Shown: in pieces, positions 1 to 7,757 of the stretch
Layout: every line of letters begins with the position of its first letter
Numbering within the stretch: position 1 is the first letter of the stretch
Source: Candidatus Saccharimonadota bacterium
Lineage (GTDB): Bacteria > Patescibacteriota > Gracilibacteria > UBA4473
Assembly (NCBI GenBank): GCA_020632335.1
Contig: JACKFV010000001.1
Span: forward strand, 1-32,000
Length of the DNA: 32,000 nt
Direction: 5' to 3'
The notes under the pieces: generated by a model
Seen by the model: the letters and a program-made list of their open reading frames with translations, nothing else
What the model was told of the DNA's origin: nothing
The model's database searches: none
Made by a program: the position numbers and the translations under genes

Positions 1-68
1 AGTTTAGCTCCTACAGCAGTACCGATGCCTTGCAAAAACACCCTATACTCCCAGAAATATAGCTAAGG

Positions 69-143
69 TGGCAGCGCCAGGGAGAATTGAACTCCCGTTA
101 CTGGAATGAAAATCCAGCGTCCTAACCACTAGACGATGGCGCC
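69..143 (-). tRNA. tRNA-Glu (anticodon UUC), 3' CCA encoded
   Basis: The reverse complement reads GGCGCCATCGTCTAGTGGTTAGGACGCTGGATTTTCATTCCAGTAACGGGAGTTCAATTCTCCCTGGCGCTGCCA (75 nt). It has a 7-bp acceptor stem (one G-U), a D-loop with GG, an anticodon stem CTGGA/TCCAG with loop TTTTCAT (anticodon TTC), a T-arm GGGAG-TTCAATT-CTCCC, discriminator G and CCA. Confidence 0.9.
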
Positions 144-156
144 AAAAACCTCTGCG

Positions 157-184
157 ACTATAGAGCTGGCGGCCACGGCGTCAA
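157..184 (-). promoter_or_regulatory. predicted sigma70-type promoter of tRNA-Glu (TTGACG-16-TATAGT)
   Basis: Minus strand: TTGACG (184..179), 16-nt spacer, TATAGT (162..157). The -10 ends 13 nt before the tRNA 5' end at 143. Confidence 0.6.
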
Positions 185-190
185 GTATTT

Positions 191-1303
191 TTACGACTGG
201 AAGAGGCGCAGGATGTCGTTATAGGTAATGAGCACCAGCAGTAGCATGAGCGCCAAAAACCCCACCACATGCGCATACTGCTCCCATTTGGCCGGGACCT
301 TCCAGGGGGTGAGGAGCTCTATCAGCTGAAAGAAAAAGCGCCCCCCGTCCAGCGCGGGCAACGGCAGCAGGTTCATCACCGCGAGGGAGAGCGACAGCAG
401 CGCGCTGAACTTGAGGATACGTGCCGCTATTTCGCTCAGGCTGCGGGTACTACTGGTGATCTGGTGGGTCATCTCCGCAATGCCCACGGGCCCCGCAAGC
501 CCCTCTGGCACGCCCCGCTCACGGATCATCTCCCGGGGGATAGCCGCGGCCTTCTGCACGATCACGCGGCTCAGGCGCAGCGACTCACTCGCCCCCAGTC
601 GCAGGGCTGGCAGCAGCGGCAGTTGTATGGTATTGAGCGTGAGCTCGGGGTAGGGATCGCCGGCCATGACCTGCAGCATGGTCGTCCAGAGCTGCTTCTG
701 CGCGTCGTTAAATAGGGTGAGGTCCGGGTGCAGCGCGTTGATCTGCTCGGCCACCGCAGCACGCTGCACGGGGTCATCTTGTACGCTCCAGAGGGTCTGG
801 AAGAGCTCAGCCGTCTGCGCGTTAAAGGTAGTGGTGATGCGCGGCGTGAGGCCCTTTACATACTCCGGAGAGAGCGCCGGGCCGGGCGTGACCCACCCCC
901 GAGCCTCTGCCGAGGTGATGCTCGCGGTGTCGGTATCGACCAGCAGCGGCTCGGTACCGATCATAAACAGCGCACTGAGGGCCAGCACGCAGAAGAGAAA
1001 ATTCATGATGATGCCCGCCAGAGTTATGAGAATGCGCTTCCAGAGCGGGGCGCGGTCAAAGCTGCGGGGGTCGTCACTCGCCTCGTCCTCGCCCAGCATC
1101 CGCACAAAACCGCCAAAGGGCACCGCGTTATACGTGTAGTCGGTCTCCCCGATGCGTTTCTTCCAGAGGGTTTTGCCAAAGCCAAGGCCAAACTCCAGCA
1201 CCTTCACGCCACTCCACCGTGCGGCAAAGAAGTGCCCCGCCTCGTGGATGAGGATGAGGAAGGAGAACATCACGAAGAAGACGAGCAGCGACACAAGGAC
1301 CAT
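191..1303 (-). CDS. rseP: RIP metalloprotease RseP (M50 site-2 protease family)
   Basis: 370-aa ORF with ATG at 1303. The HEAGH zinc motif lies in the first TM (LILIHEAGHFFAAR), and the C-terminal NLLPLPALDGGR motif is typical of S2P proteases. Several hydrophobic helices are present. Confidence 0.85.
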   Translation of the reverse strand: MVLVSLLVFFVMFSFLILIHEAGHFFAARWSGVKVLEFGLGFGKTLWKKRIGETDYTYNAVPFGGFVRMLGEDEASDDPRSFDRAPLWKRILITLAGIIMNFLFCVLALSALFMIGTEPLLVDTDTASITSAEARGWVTPGPALSPEYVKGLTPRITTTFNAQTAELFQTLWSVQDDPVQRAAVAEQINALHPDLTLFNDAQKQLWTTMLQVMAGDPYPELTLNTIQLPLLPALRLGASESLRLSRVIVQKAAAIPREMIRERGVPEGLAGPVGIAEMTHQITSSTRSLSEIAARILKFSALLSLSLAVMNLLPLPALDGGRFFFQLIELLTPWKVPAKWEQYAHVVGFLALMLLLVLITYNDILRLFQS

Positions 1304-1309
1304 GCCATT

Positions 1310-1337
1310 ACCCTAGGCCGCTGGGGACGGGTGTCTA
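1310..1337 (-). promoter_or_regulatory. predicted rseP promoter (TAGACA-16-TAGGGT); the -10 ends 6 nt before the ATG, so leaderless
   Basis: Minus strand: TAGACA (1337..1332), 16-nt spacer, TAGGGT (1315..1310), then aatggc and ATG (1303). Confidence 0.45.
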
Positions 1338-1430
1338 GCAGAAGAGGGGAGAAGTCCGTCTGGGGGGAGAGTGAATATACTTTGCACAATGTATATTATC
1401 CAACTCAAAGGAGAATAAACCGGAGAAGCA

Positions 1431-1458
1431 TTGCTCCCCTCTGGAGATGCAGTATATT
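1431..1458 (+). promoter_or_regulatory. predicted promoter of the SSS transporter gene (TTGCTC-16-TATATT)
   Basis: TTGCTC at 1431-1436, 16-nt spacer, TATATT at 1453-1458, with ATG 1492 lying 33 nt downstream. The upstream ATG at 1447 lies inside the spacer, so it is unlikely to be used. Confidence 0.4.
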
Positions 1459-1491
1459 ACACGCTGTCGTCCTCATAAATACCTCAGCAGA

Positions 1492-2899
1492 ATGCACCTG
1501 ATAGACATCATCATAGTAGCGGTATATTTGCTCTCTCTTTTTATATGGGGAATATATATGGGCCTAAAAGAAACCAATGAAAATTTCTTAGTTTTCTCTC
1601 GTAAGGCACCATTCATATTGGTAGTTTTTTCGGTTATTTCCACTTGGGTGGGTACGGGAACAACCGTGGCTACAGCTGCATCTGGATTCGAAACAGGGAT
1701 TTCCCTCGGAGTAACGGCGCTGATGGGGGGGGATCATGGGGATATTGGTGGCGGCCTGGTTTGCCCCCAAGCTGAAATGGTTCGGCGATACCTATGGGGC
1801 CCATACCATTGGCGATTTCTTCTCACACCGATATTCTAGAGCCAGCCATTTGGTGTCCTCTGGTTGGATACTGCTCGTCTATTTATTACTCACCGCAGCA
1901 CAATTCGTTGGACTCACGGCCTTATTAACCGTATGGACAGGGATGGACTTTCAGATATTAATCTGGTTTGCCGCGATATCTACTATAATCTATACCGCTT
2001 TTGCCGGTATTAAAAGTGATTTCTATACTGATGTGATTCATTGCATCATTATGTTCGTGGTGCTCTTTATGGTTCTCTTGCCGATAACCATTACCGATCT
2101 GGGTGATCTGAACCGATTACAAGAGCTCCCCCCTTCTTTTTTTAACCCCTTTGCATATGGAGGGGTGTCCTTTTTTATTGCTGGGATTGTTTTTGGTATA
2201 GGAGGGATATTTGTCACGATGGAACTCTGGCAGCGCGTTTACGCTTCCACCTCAGCCAAAAGTGCTACCAGGGCTCTCCTCTATTCTCTAGCCATTATCA
2301 TATTATTCTATGCGGTTTCTACTTTTTTTGGCTTATCTATGAAAATATTGGACCCTGGATTGGCAAATAAAAACCAGACACTGTTCGCCTTGATGCAGCT
2401 CAAATTACCGTCTGGGATCTTAGGTCTTGGCATTGCTGGCTTTATGGCTATTTTTATTTCTACGATTAACTCCACTATTATGGTGGCATCAGCAACACTT
2501 TCAAAAGATTTTCTCATAGATAACTCGAGAGCTACAAAGCTGACGGAGAAGCAAAAATTAACGTATAGTAGGATGGCTACTCTCATTTGCGGTGCCGTAG
2601 GGATGGGTATTGCTGCTGTTTTCCCCGACCTTATTACCCTCAGCGTCAACGCACTCTTTATGCTGCTGATCATCGTTCCTGCAGTTATTGGCGGTTTTTT
2701 CTGGCAAAGAGCCACGGCAAAGGGCGCAACATACTCGCTTGTTGCCGGTACTATTACGCTGCTTCTTTTTCTGTTTATGGATGCGGAGACTGCATTTGTA
2801 CCCGCTTTTTTAGTGAGTTTGGTGGTCTTTGTTGTGGTGTCGCTCTCTACTCAGCATGCCCCGGATGAAGACACCAGTATCGTCAAGGGGTGGCTATAG
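1492..2899 (+). pseudogene. sodium:solute symporter (SSS/SLC5 family) transporter, reading frame broken at a G8 homopolymer
   Basis: There are two ORF fragments: frame 1 to 1839 and frame 2 from 1736 to 2899. Together they read as one multi-TM SSS-like protein (ISTWVGTGTTVATAASGFE, AFAGIKSDFYTDVIH). The frames join perfectly if the G8 run at 1725-1732 is read as G7 (..GVTALMGG-IMGILVAAWFAPK..). This could be a true frameshift or a homopolymer sequencing error. Confidence 0.7.
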
Positions 2900-2925
2900 C
2901 GTCATCAACGGTGCCCGAAGGTACT

Positions 2926-3723
2926 CTAGCAGCACTCCAGCAGCACGGGGCAGTGGTCACTCCCCTGCTGGCTTTGCAGGTAGGTAACGCGCGGAAGGGC
3001 CTCCCAGTCGTCTCGGTGCGCCCACCAGCTGTCTATCCGCCACCCGACATTTCGCTCTCTCGCGCCGCCGCGTTGGCTCCACCAGCTGTACTGCACCTCC
3101 TCCGGGTGCGCCGCTCGCCAGAGGTCCACCCAGCCGTCGGCCACCAGACGATCTGCCCACGCGCGCTCTAAAGGGTGAAAACCCACCTTGCCGTCGTTCT
3201 CCTTGGGCCGCGCGAGGTCCAGCGCCGTATGCGCCACGTTGAGGTCTCCGCCCCACAGCACCCGCTGGCCGCTTGCTCGCAGCGTAGAGAGGTAGTGCCG
3301 GAAGTACTCGTAGAAGGTGAGTTTCTCTTCCCAGGCCTCGGGCGATTTGCCCCCGTTGGGGAAGTACACCCCCAGCACGGTGACGGGCTGGCCATGATAC
3401 GCATATTGCAGGCCAATGACCCGCCCCTCGCGGTCGTCCCACCCGGGCATACCCCGCAGCACTACCGCGCCCTGTGGTACTGGCTGCCGGACCCACAACG
3501 CCGTACCCGCGTAGCCCTTCTGCTGGGCATAGTGGTAGTGCTGGGCATAGTCTTTATGCTCAGTGAGGAAGAGCCGTAGTGGCGCGCCCTCCGTTAGTTT
3601 GGTCTCCTGGAGCAGGAGGATATCGGGCATCGTCTCTTGCAGAAAGGGCTCCAGCGCCTCTTTACGGTGCACCGCACGCAGGCCATTGACATTCCAGAGC
3701 GCTATTTTCCTCTCTATGTGCAT
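2926..3723 (-). CDS. xth: exodeoxyribonuclease III / AP endonuclease (EEP family)
   Basis: 265 aa. It carries N-terminal LWNVNGLR and ILLLQETK motifs, a GGDLNVAH motif, and C-terminal GSDHCPV, all typical of ExoIII. Confidence 0.9.
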   Translation of the reverse strand: MHIERKIALWNVNGLRAVHRKEALEPFLQETMPDILLLQETKLTEGAPLRLFLTEHKDYAQHYHYAQQKGYAGTALWVRQPVPQGAVVLRGMPGWDDREGRVIGLQYAYHGQPVTVLGVYFPNGGKSPEAWEEKLTFYEYFRHYLSTLRASGQRVLWGGDLNVAHTALDLARPKENDGKVGFHPLERAWADRLVADGWVDLWRAAHPEEVQYSWWSQRGGARERNVGWRIDSWWAHRDDWEALPRVTYLQSQQGSDHCPVLLECC

Positions 3724-3729
3724 ACCCCA

Positions 3730-3757
3730 AGACTAGAGATCTCCGGTTGCCTCGCAA
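3730..3757 (-). promoter_or_regulatory. predicted xth promoter (TTGCGA-16-TAGTCT); the -10 ends 6 nt before the ATG, so leaderless
   Basis: Minus strand: TTGCGA (3757..3752), 16-nt spacer, TAGTCT (3735..3730), then tggggt and ATG (3723). Confidence 0.55.
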
Positions 3758-3774
3758 GGAAAAATCGCTACGCT
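3747..3774 (+). promoter_or_regulatory. predicted lgt-murF promoter (TTGCCT-16-TACGCT)
   Basis: TTGCCT at 3747-3752, 16-nt spacer, TACGCT at 3769-3774, with ATG 3796 lying 21 nt downstream. Its -35 overlaps the xth -35 on the other strand. Confidence 0.4.
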
Positions 3775-3795
3775 GCGTGCCGTCTAGCCCTGCAT

Positions 3796-4554
3796 ATGAA
3801 TTTTTCTTCGGTGAATTTTGGATCCTTCATGGTGCAGATCTACGGGCTGCTGACGGCTGTTATCTTCGGCATTGCGCTGTGGCGGTACTACCGTAACCTG
3901 CAGCTGCACAAGATGGACACGGAGTTCTTTGTGCACCACTGCTGGCGGTGGCTGCTGGGGGCGCTGGTGGTAGGGCGGCTGGGGATGGTACTGCTGGACC
4001 GGAGCATCATAGCGCAGCACGGTATCTGGGGGATATTCTCCTTCTGGGAGGGCGGGATACACTTCTTCTTCACGCTGCTGGGGGGGCTTTTTATGCTGCT
4101 GCTGGATACCTACCTCCACCGCAAAGACGCGCTGAGGTGGCTGGATATCGCGGTGCTGCCCTTCTTCTTTGGCATGATGCTACGCGATATAGCGGGGTTC
4201 ATCACCGGTGGGGTCTATGGGACGGAGACGTCACTGCCCTGGGGGATCCGCTACGAGACCTTCGACGTAGATGTCATCACCCCGGTGCACCCGGTCACGC
4301 TCTACGCGCTAGTGCTGCACTTTCTCGTTTTCCGATATCTCCAGCGCAACGCCCTCACCATCGAGCGAAAAAGGGGACGCATGGCCATCTATGGTGGGAT
4401 ACTCTTCAGCATCAGTACCTTTATACTGCAGTTCTTCCGGGGGGACTCCACGCTGTATCTCTTCGGCACGGTGCGGCTGGAGCAGCTGATGGCGGTGCTG
4501 GCGCTGGTGGTGCTCTTTCTCCTGTCTCGGCGGTATATTCAGCGCGACTCCTAG
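3796..4554 (+). CDS. lgt: prolipoprotein diacylglyceryl transferase-like membrane protein
   Basis: The ORF was trimmed to ATG 3796, because the upstream part overlaps xth and its promoter. It has multiple TM helices, and DIAGFITGGVYGTETSLPWGIRY resembles the Lgt GRxGNFxNxExxGxxTxxPWG signature. Confidence 0.7.
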   Translation: MNFSSVNFGSFMVQIYGLLTAVIFGIALWRYYRNLQLHKMDTEFFVHHCWRWLLGALVVGRLGMVLLDRSIIAQHGIWGIFSFWEGGIHFFFTLLGGLFMLLLDTYLHRKDALRWLDIAVLPFFFGMMLRDIAGFITGGVYGTETSLPWGIRYETFDVDVITPVHPVTLYALVLHFLVFRYLQRNALTIERKRGRMAIYGGILFSISTFILQFFRGDSTLYLFGTVRLEQLMAVLALVVLFLLSRRYIQRDS

Positions 4555-4572
4555 CCTCTATCATAGCCTCTT

Positions 4573-6006
4573 ATGCACACTCTTCTCCTCGGTATAGTGG
4601 TGATTCTCGGGCTGCGGACAGGCCTGTGGTGGGTGCAGCTCTGGCAGATAAAAGAGTACCGGGTCGACCGCCTGCGCGACTACTTCCACAGCGAGGAGGG
4701 CCGGCGCAGCATGCGGAGCCTGTGTTTCTTCCCTGGGGTGCTGCCTCGCCCAGAGCCCACGCTCCGCGCGCTGCTGGTAGTCCTGCTGACGGGGATCCTG
4801 AGTTTGCTCGCCTACCGGGCGCTCTCGCCGGTGTGGGGGGCGCTCCTTACGGCGCTGGTCATCGAGCGCACGCTCTGGCTCTGGACGGGCATCGCGGTGG
4901 CGCTCACGGGTGTGGTGAAGACGGTGCAGCAGCGGCTGCTCTTTGCCCAGGTGCGGCGCCTGCGGGAGGGCGCGGGGAACCTCACCATCATCGCCATCAC
5001 GGGCAGCTATGGCAAGACCTCCACACGGGCGATGCTGGCGCATGTGCTGACGGCGCACTTCGGGCAAGATGACGTCCTCTCTCCTCAGGGCAACCGGAAT
5101 ACCGAGCTGGGGATAGCGCAGTGGCTCTGGCAGGAGCGGGACTACTTCACCCGAGGCGACAAGCGTTACCTAGTGGTGGAGGTGGGGGCTTATCAGCGCG
5201 GAGAAATAGCCACCGTGTGCCGCTTCCTCCAGCCGCAGATAGGCATCATCACCGCGATGAGTAACCAGCATATGGCGCTCTTCCGCACGCAACGGAATCT
5301 CCAGTTAGCCAAGGCTGAACTGGCCGAGGGCTGTAGCGACGTCTGCTTCTATAACGGGGAGGACGTGCTCAGCGCTCAGATCCTCCGAGAGACCAATACC
5401 AGCGCCACGCTCACTCCCCTCCCCACCGGCCGCATGACGAGTATAGAGGCGCTGCTGGGGCATACGGAATTCACCTATGACGGGCAGCACGGCAGCCTCC
5501 CGTGGCCTGGGCAGCAGTATATGCTGAATGTGCGGTATGTGCTGGCAGTGTGCGAGTACCTCAGCGTTCCCCTGCCTGAGGCGCTGCAGGCGCTGCGTAG
5601 TGCGCCCCAGCCGCTCCAGGGGCTGCATGCCGAGCAGCTCACCACGGGCGCCACGTTGCTGTGGGATACCTATAACGCTAACGAGCAGGGGGTCCTCGCT
5701 GCGCTGCAGCATATGGAGCTCAGCCGTGGGGAAAAGGTGGTGATTCTCCAGCATCTGCGCGAACTGGGACCAGAGGCTGACCGCGTGCACGAGCGGATAT
5801 TCCAGAAGCTCCATGCTATGGACGCCACGCTCTACTGGCGGAAGGAGCTCTACTACCCCCTAGCTAAGCGGCTCCTGGGGCAGCGCTGCCAGCCCTATGA
5901 CCAGGCCGTGGTGTCAGCGCATCTGCGGCGGCTGGGGGCAGACGACGTGGTGTTCCTTGCCACGAATAAAGCCCCGGATATAGAAGCCCACGTGAAGAGC
6001 CACTAG
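4573..6006 (+). CDS. murF: UDP-N-acetylmuramoyl-tripeptide--D-alanyl-D-alanine ligase (MurF-like Mur ligase) with hydrophobic N-terminal extension
   Basis: 477 aa. It carries the Mur ligase P-loop IAITGSYGKTSTRAML and the WDTYNANEQGVLAAL motif (DxYNANP-like). The N-terminal ~110 aa contain 3-4 hydrophobic helices and a WQIKEYRVDR motif. Confidence 0.8.
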   Translation: MHTLLLGIVVILGLRTGLWWVQLWQIKEYRVDRLRDYFHSEEGRRSMRSLCFFPGVLPRPEPTLRALLVVLLTGILSLLAYRALSPVWGALLTALVIERTLWLWTGIAVALTGVVKTVQQRLLFAQVRRLREGAGNLTIIAITGSYGKTSTRAMLAHVLTAHFGQDDVLSPQGNRNTELGIAQWLWQERDYFTRGDKRYLVVEVGAYQRGEIATVCRFLQPQIGIITAMSNQHMALFRTQRNLQLAKAELAEGCSDVCFYNGEDVLSAQILRETNTSATLTPLPTGRMTSIEALLGHTEFTYDGQHGSLPWPGQQYMLNVRYVLAVCEYLSVPLPEALQALRSAPQPLQGLHAEQLTTGATLLWDTYNANEQGVLAALQHMELSRGEKVVILQHLRELGPEADRVHERIFQKLHAMDATLYWRKELYYPLAKRLLGQRCQPYDQAVVSAHLRRLGADDVVFLATNKAPDIEAHVKSH

Positions 6007-6021
6007 CGCTCTTAGCGCTCT
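6004..6021. repeat. tandem 9-mer TAGCGCTCT x2 forming a mini-hairpin between convergent genes
   Basis: TAGCGCTCT occurs at 6004-6012 and 6013-6021. The palindromic AGCGCT cores (6005-6010, 6014-6019) can pair across a CTT loop. The repeat contains the murF stop (TAG 6004-6006), and the flavodoxin stop (6020-6022) overlaps its last two nt. Confidence 0.6.
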
Positions 6022-6472
6022 ACTCCCCGAGTGCCCGTGCGACCGTACGTGCCCAGTCCTCTATGGCCGGCAGGTGTGGGAGGGGGCTCTTGTCTATCCG
6101 CAGTGCTGAGGTGAGCAGATGCCCGCCGTGGCTGGTGATGAAATCCTCCAGGATGGTAGCGGACTCTATATGGTAGTCCGCGTCGTATTTGGTATCCCCC
6201 AGGCCAAAGACCGCGCAGGGCTTGCCCTCCAGCTGTGCCCCCTGTACCTGCTGGAGCAGGCGCGCGCAGCGCAGGTCCGTATGCCCATGGCCGTAGGTAG
6301 GGCTGCCCCAGAGGAGTACTCCCGCGCTCTCCAGCTGCTGCTGTGTGCAGCGCTCCACAGGCAGCAGGGTGCTCTGCAGGCCCTGCTCCGCCAGCGTGCG
6401 GTGTATCTGCTGCGCTACCCAGGCGGTATTCCCTCCCGTGGAGGCGTACAGGACAAGAATCTCTCTCTGCAT
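6020..6472 (-). CDS. flavodoxin
   Basis: 150 aa. It has the N-terminal FMN phosphate loop ILVLYASTGGNTAWVA, plus LLWGSPTYGHGH and VFGLGDTKYDADY motifs typical of short-chain flavodoxins. Confidence 0.85.
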   Translation of the reverse strand: MQREILVLYASTGGNTAWVAQQIHRTLAEQGLQSTLLPVERCTQQQLESAGVLLWGSPTYGHGHTDLRCARLLQQVQGAQLEGKPCAVFGLGDTKYDADYHIESATILEDFITSHGGHLLTSALRIDKSPLPHLPAIEDWARTVARALGE

Positions 6473-6478
6473 GGTGCT

Positions 6479-6507
6479 ACTCTAGCCGGGGGCGAGGAGA
6501 CGCGCAA
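6479..6507 (-). promoter_or_regulatory. predicted flavodoxin promoter (TTGCGC-17-TAGAGT); the -10 ends 6 nt before the ATG, so leaderless
   Basis: Minus strand: TTGCGC (6507..6502), 17-nt spacer, TAGAGT (6484..6479), then agcacc and ATG (6472). Confidence 0.55.
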
Positions 6508-6513
6508 GAGAAC

Positions 6514-6541
6514 TTGCCAGCACTGCCAAGAGGCCTAGAGT
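6514..6541 (+). promoter_or_regulatory. predicted promoter of the ABM-like gene (TTGCCA-16-TAGAGT); the -10 ends 6 nt before the ATG, so leaderless
   Basis: TTGCCA at 6514-6519, 16-nt spacer, TAGAGT at 6536-6541, then gagggt and ATG 6548. Confidence 0.55.
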
Positions 6542-6547
6542 GAGGGT

Positions 6548-6853
6548 ATGTACCGAGATATCATCCGTTACCGGCTGGCTGAGGGGGTTACGCAGGAGCA
6601 ACTGCTGCAGGCCGCAGAGAGTGTGGAGCGGGACTGGATGGGCAGTCTGCCGGGGTTCATCAGCTGGGAGATCCACCGCGTGGGTGACACCGGAGCCTAT
6701 ATGGACATCGTCACCTGGGAGAGCAAAGAGAGCGCCAAAGAGGCTGAAACCGCCATGGCTAAGCTGCCAGCGGATCACCCGTGGTATGCCTGTTACGCGC
6801 CGGAGTCCATCACCAGTGACGGCATCACCAGCCTCTGGACGTCCGTCAGCTAG
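6548..6853 (+). CDS. small ABM-domain-like (dimeric alpha/beta-barrel, antibiotic biosynthesis monooxygenase-type) protein
   Basis: 101 aa. The size and the pattern LPGFISWEIHRVGDTGAYMDIVTWESKESAKEA resemble the ABM fold (PGFxS..., WES..A). Confidence 0.5.
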   Translation: MYRDIIRYRLAEGVTQEQLLQAAESVERDWMGSLPGFISWEIHRVGDTGAYMDIVTWESKESAKEAETAMAKLPADHPWYACYAPESITSDGITSLWTSVS

Positions 6854-6875
6854 GGCTATGAGGGGCTCTATCCCC

Positions 6876-6905
6876 TTGCGCTGCGCGTAAAAAGTATGGT
6901 AAAAT
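6876..6905 (+). promoter_or_regulatory. predicted promoter with extended -10 (TTGCGC-18-TGgTAAAAT); the -10 ends 6 nt before the ATG, so leaderless
   Basis: TTGCGC at 6876-6881, 18-nt spacer containing TG at 6897-6898, TAAAAT at 6900-6905, then actgcg and ATG 6912. Confidence 0.55.
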
Positions 6906-6911
6906 ACTGCG

Positions 6912-7757
6912 ATGGGTATGCTATCGCAGAGCAGTCGTTTCCTCGGATGGGCGGGCATGGTGGCCGTCAGCTGCGGTACGCTCAGCCCCTGGGCAGCGGC
7001 CATAGCCTATGACGCGCCCGTGCGAGAGACCCTCATAGAGCTGGCGCTGGAGACCCCCCTCACCAGCATGGAGACGCAGGTTATCCGCCAGGCGCTGCGC
7101 ATCCTCCCCCCGGCGCACTACCAGTCGCTCCGGCAGCTGGAGGTTCGCGATGAGCCCACGATGCAGCCACGCGGGCGGGCCAATTCCTCCACGATTATCC
7201 TGAATAATACCGACATCGCGAGTGAGGATGAGCTCTTCAGCGTGCTGCTGCATGAGCTGGGGCACATCTTAGACCTGGGCTACCTCACGGGCAGCAGTGG
7301 CGAGATAACCGCCTTTGCGTATGGGTCGCAGCCGGTGCGGAGCGATGACCCCTCCTACGACTACTACCGCATCAGTTGGGCTGGCAATACCACGCAGCTC
7401 CCTACGGCTAGGCCGGCGGACTTTGTCTCGGGGTATGCGGCGAGTATGACCTTTGAGGACTTTGCCGAGAGCTACCATATGTACATCACTCACCAGGGGC
7501 GTTTTGTCTCTCTGGCAGCGCAGAACCCCGCACTGGCAGCCAAATATACCTTCCTCAGGGACAGGGTCTTTGACGGCTACCAGTATGCCGACGCCAGCAC
7601 CGGCCCCTACCCCGATGCCGTCTATGACACCACGCTGCTCAGCCTAGACTGGAAGCGCTTCATCCAGCGGCAGCAGTCCCTCCCCACCGAGCGGGCGCTG
7701 ACCGCCGTACCCCTGCACATCACCATGAGCGAGGACGACGATAACCCGAGTGTATAA
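6912..7757 (+). CDS. secreted HExxH zinc metallopeptidase-like protein
   Basis: 281 aa with a hydrophobic N-terminus. It has LLHELGHILDLG (HExxH) and a downstream FEDFAESY motif that could supply the third-ligand Glu, an arrangement like MtfA/M90-type gluzincins. The family assignment is tentative. Confidence 0.55.
   Translation: MGMLSQSSRFLGWAGMVAVSCGTLSPWAAAIAYDAPVRETLIELALETPLTSMETQVIRQALRILPPAHYQSLRQLEVRDEPTMQPRGRANSSTIILNNTDIASEDELFSVLLHELGHILDLGYLTGSSGEITAFAYGSQPVRSDDPSYDYYRISWAGNTTQLPTARPADFVSGYAASMTFEDFAESYHMYITHQGRFVSLAAQNPALAAKYTFLRDRVFDGYQYADASTGPYPDAVYDTTLLSLDWKRFIQRQQSLPTERALTAVPLHITMSEDDDNPSV

Noticed and set aside
1-66. An open frame from the window edge to TAA at 64-66 (…SLAPTAVPMPCKNTLYSQKYS*). 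I also attempted to fold the reverse complement of 1-33 as a second tRNA.
   Set aside because: Only 21 codons are visible, so a CDS call cannot be supported. The tRNA attempt fails on conserved positions (U8, A14, G18-G19) and on D-stem pairing.
1304-1491. A possible riboswitch or leader RNA in the 188-bp region upstream of the SSS transporter (GAGGGGAG ... CTCCCCTC complementarity).
   Set aside because: I cannot match it to any riboswitch class from memory. Most of the region is upstream of the predicted promoter, and the complementarity is short. An Rfam scan would settle it.
3948-5072. A 374-aa alternative-frame ORF (Ala/Gly/Arg-rich) overlapping lgt and murF.
   Set aside because: This is a typical high-GC shadow ORF. 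Its product is low-complexity, and it fully overlaps two genes with clear family motifs in another frame.
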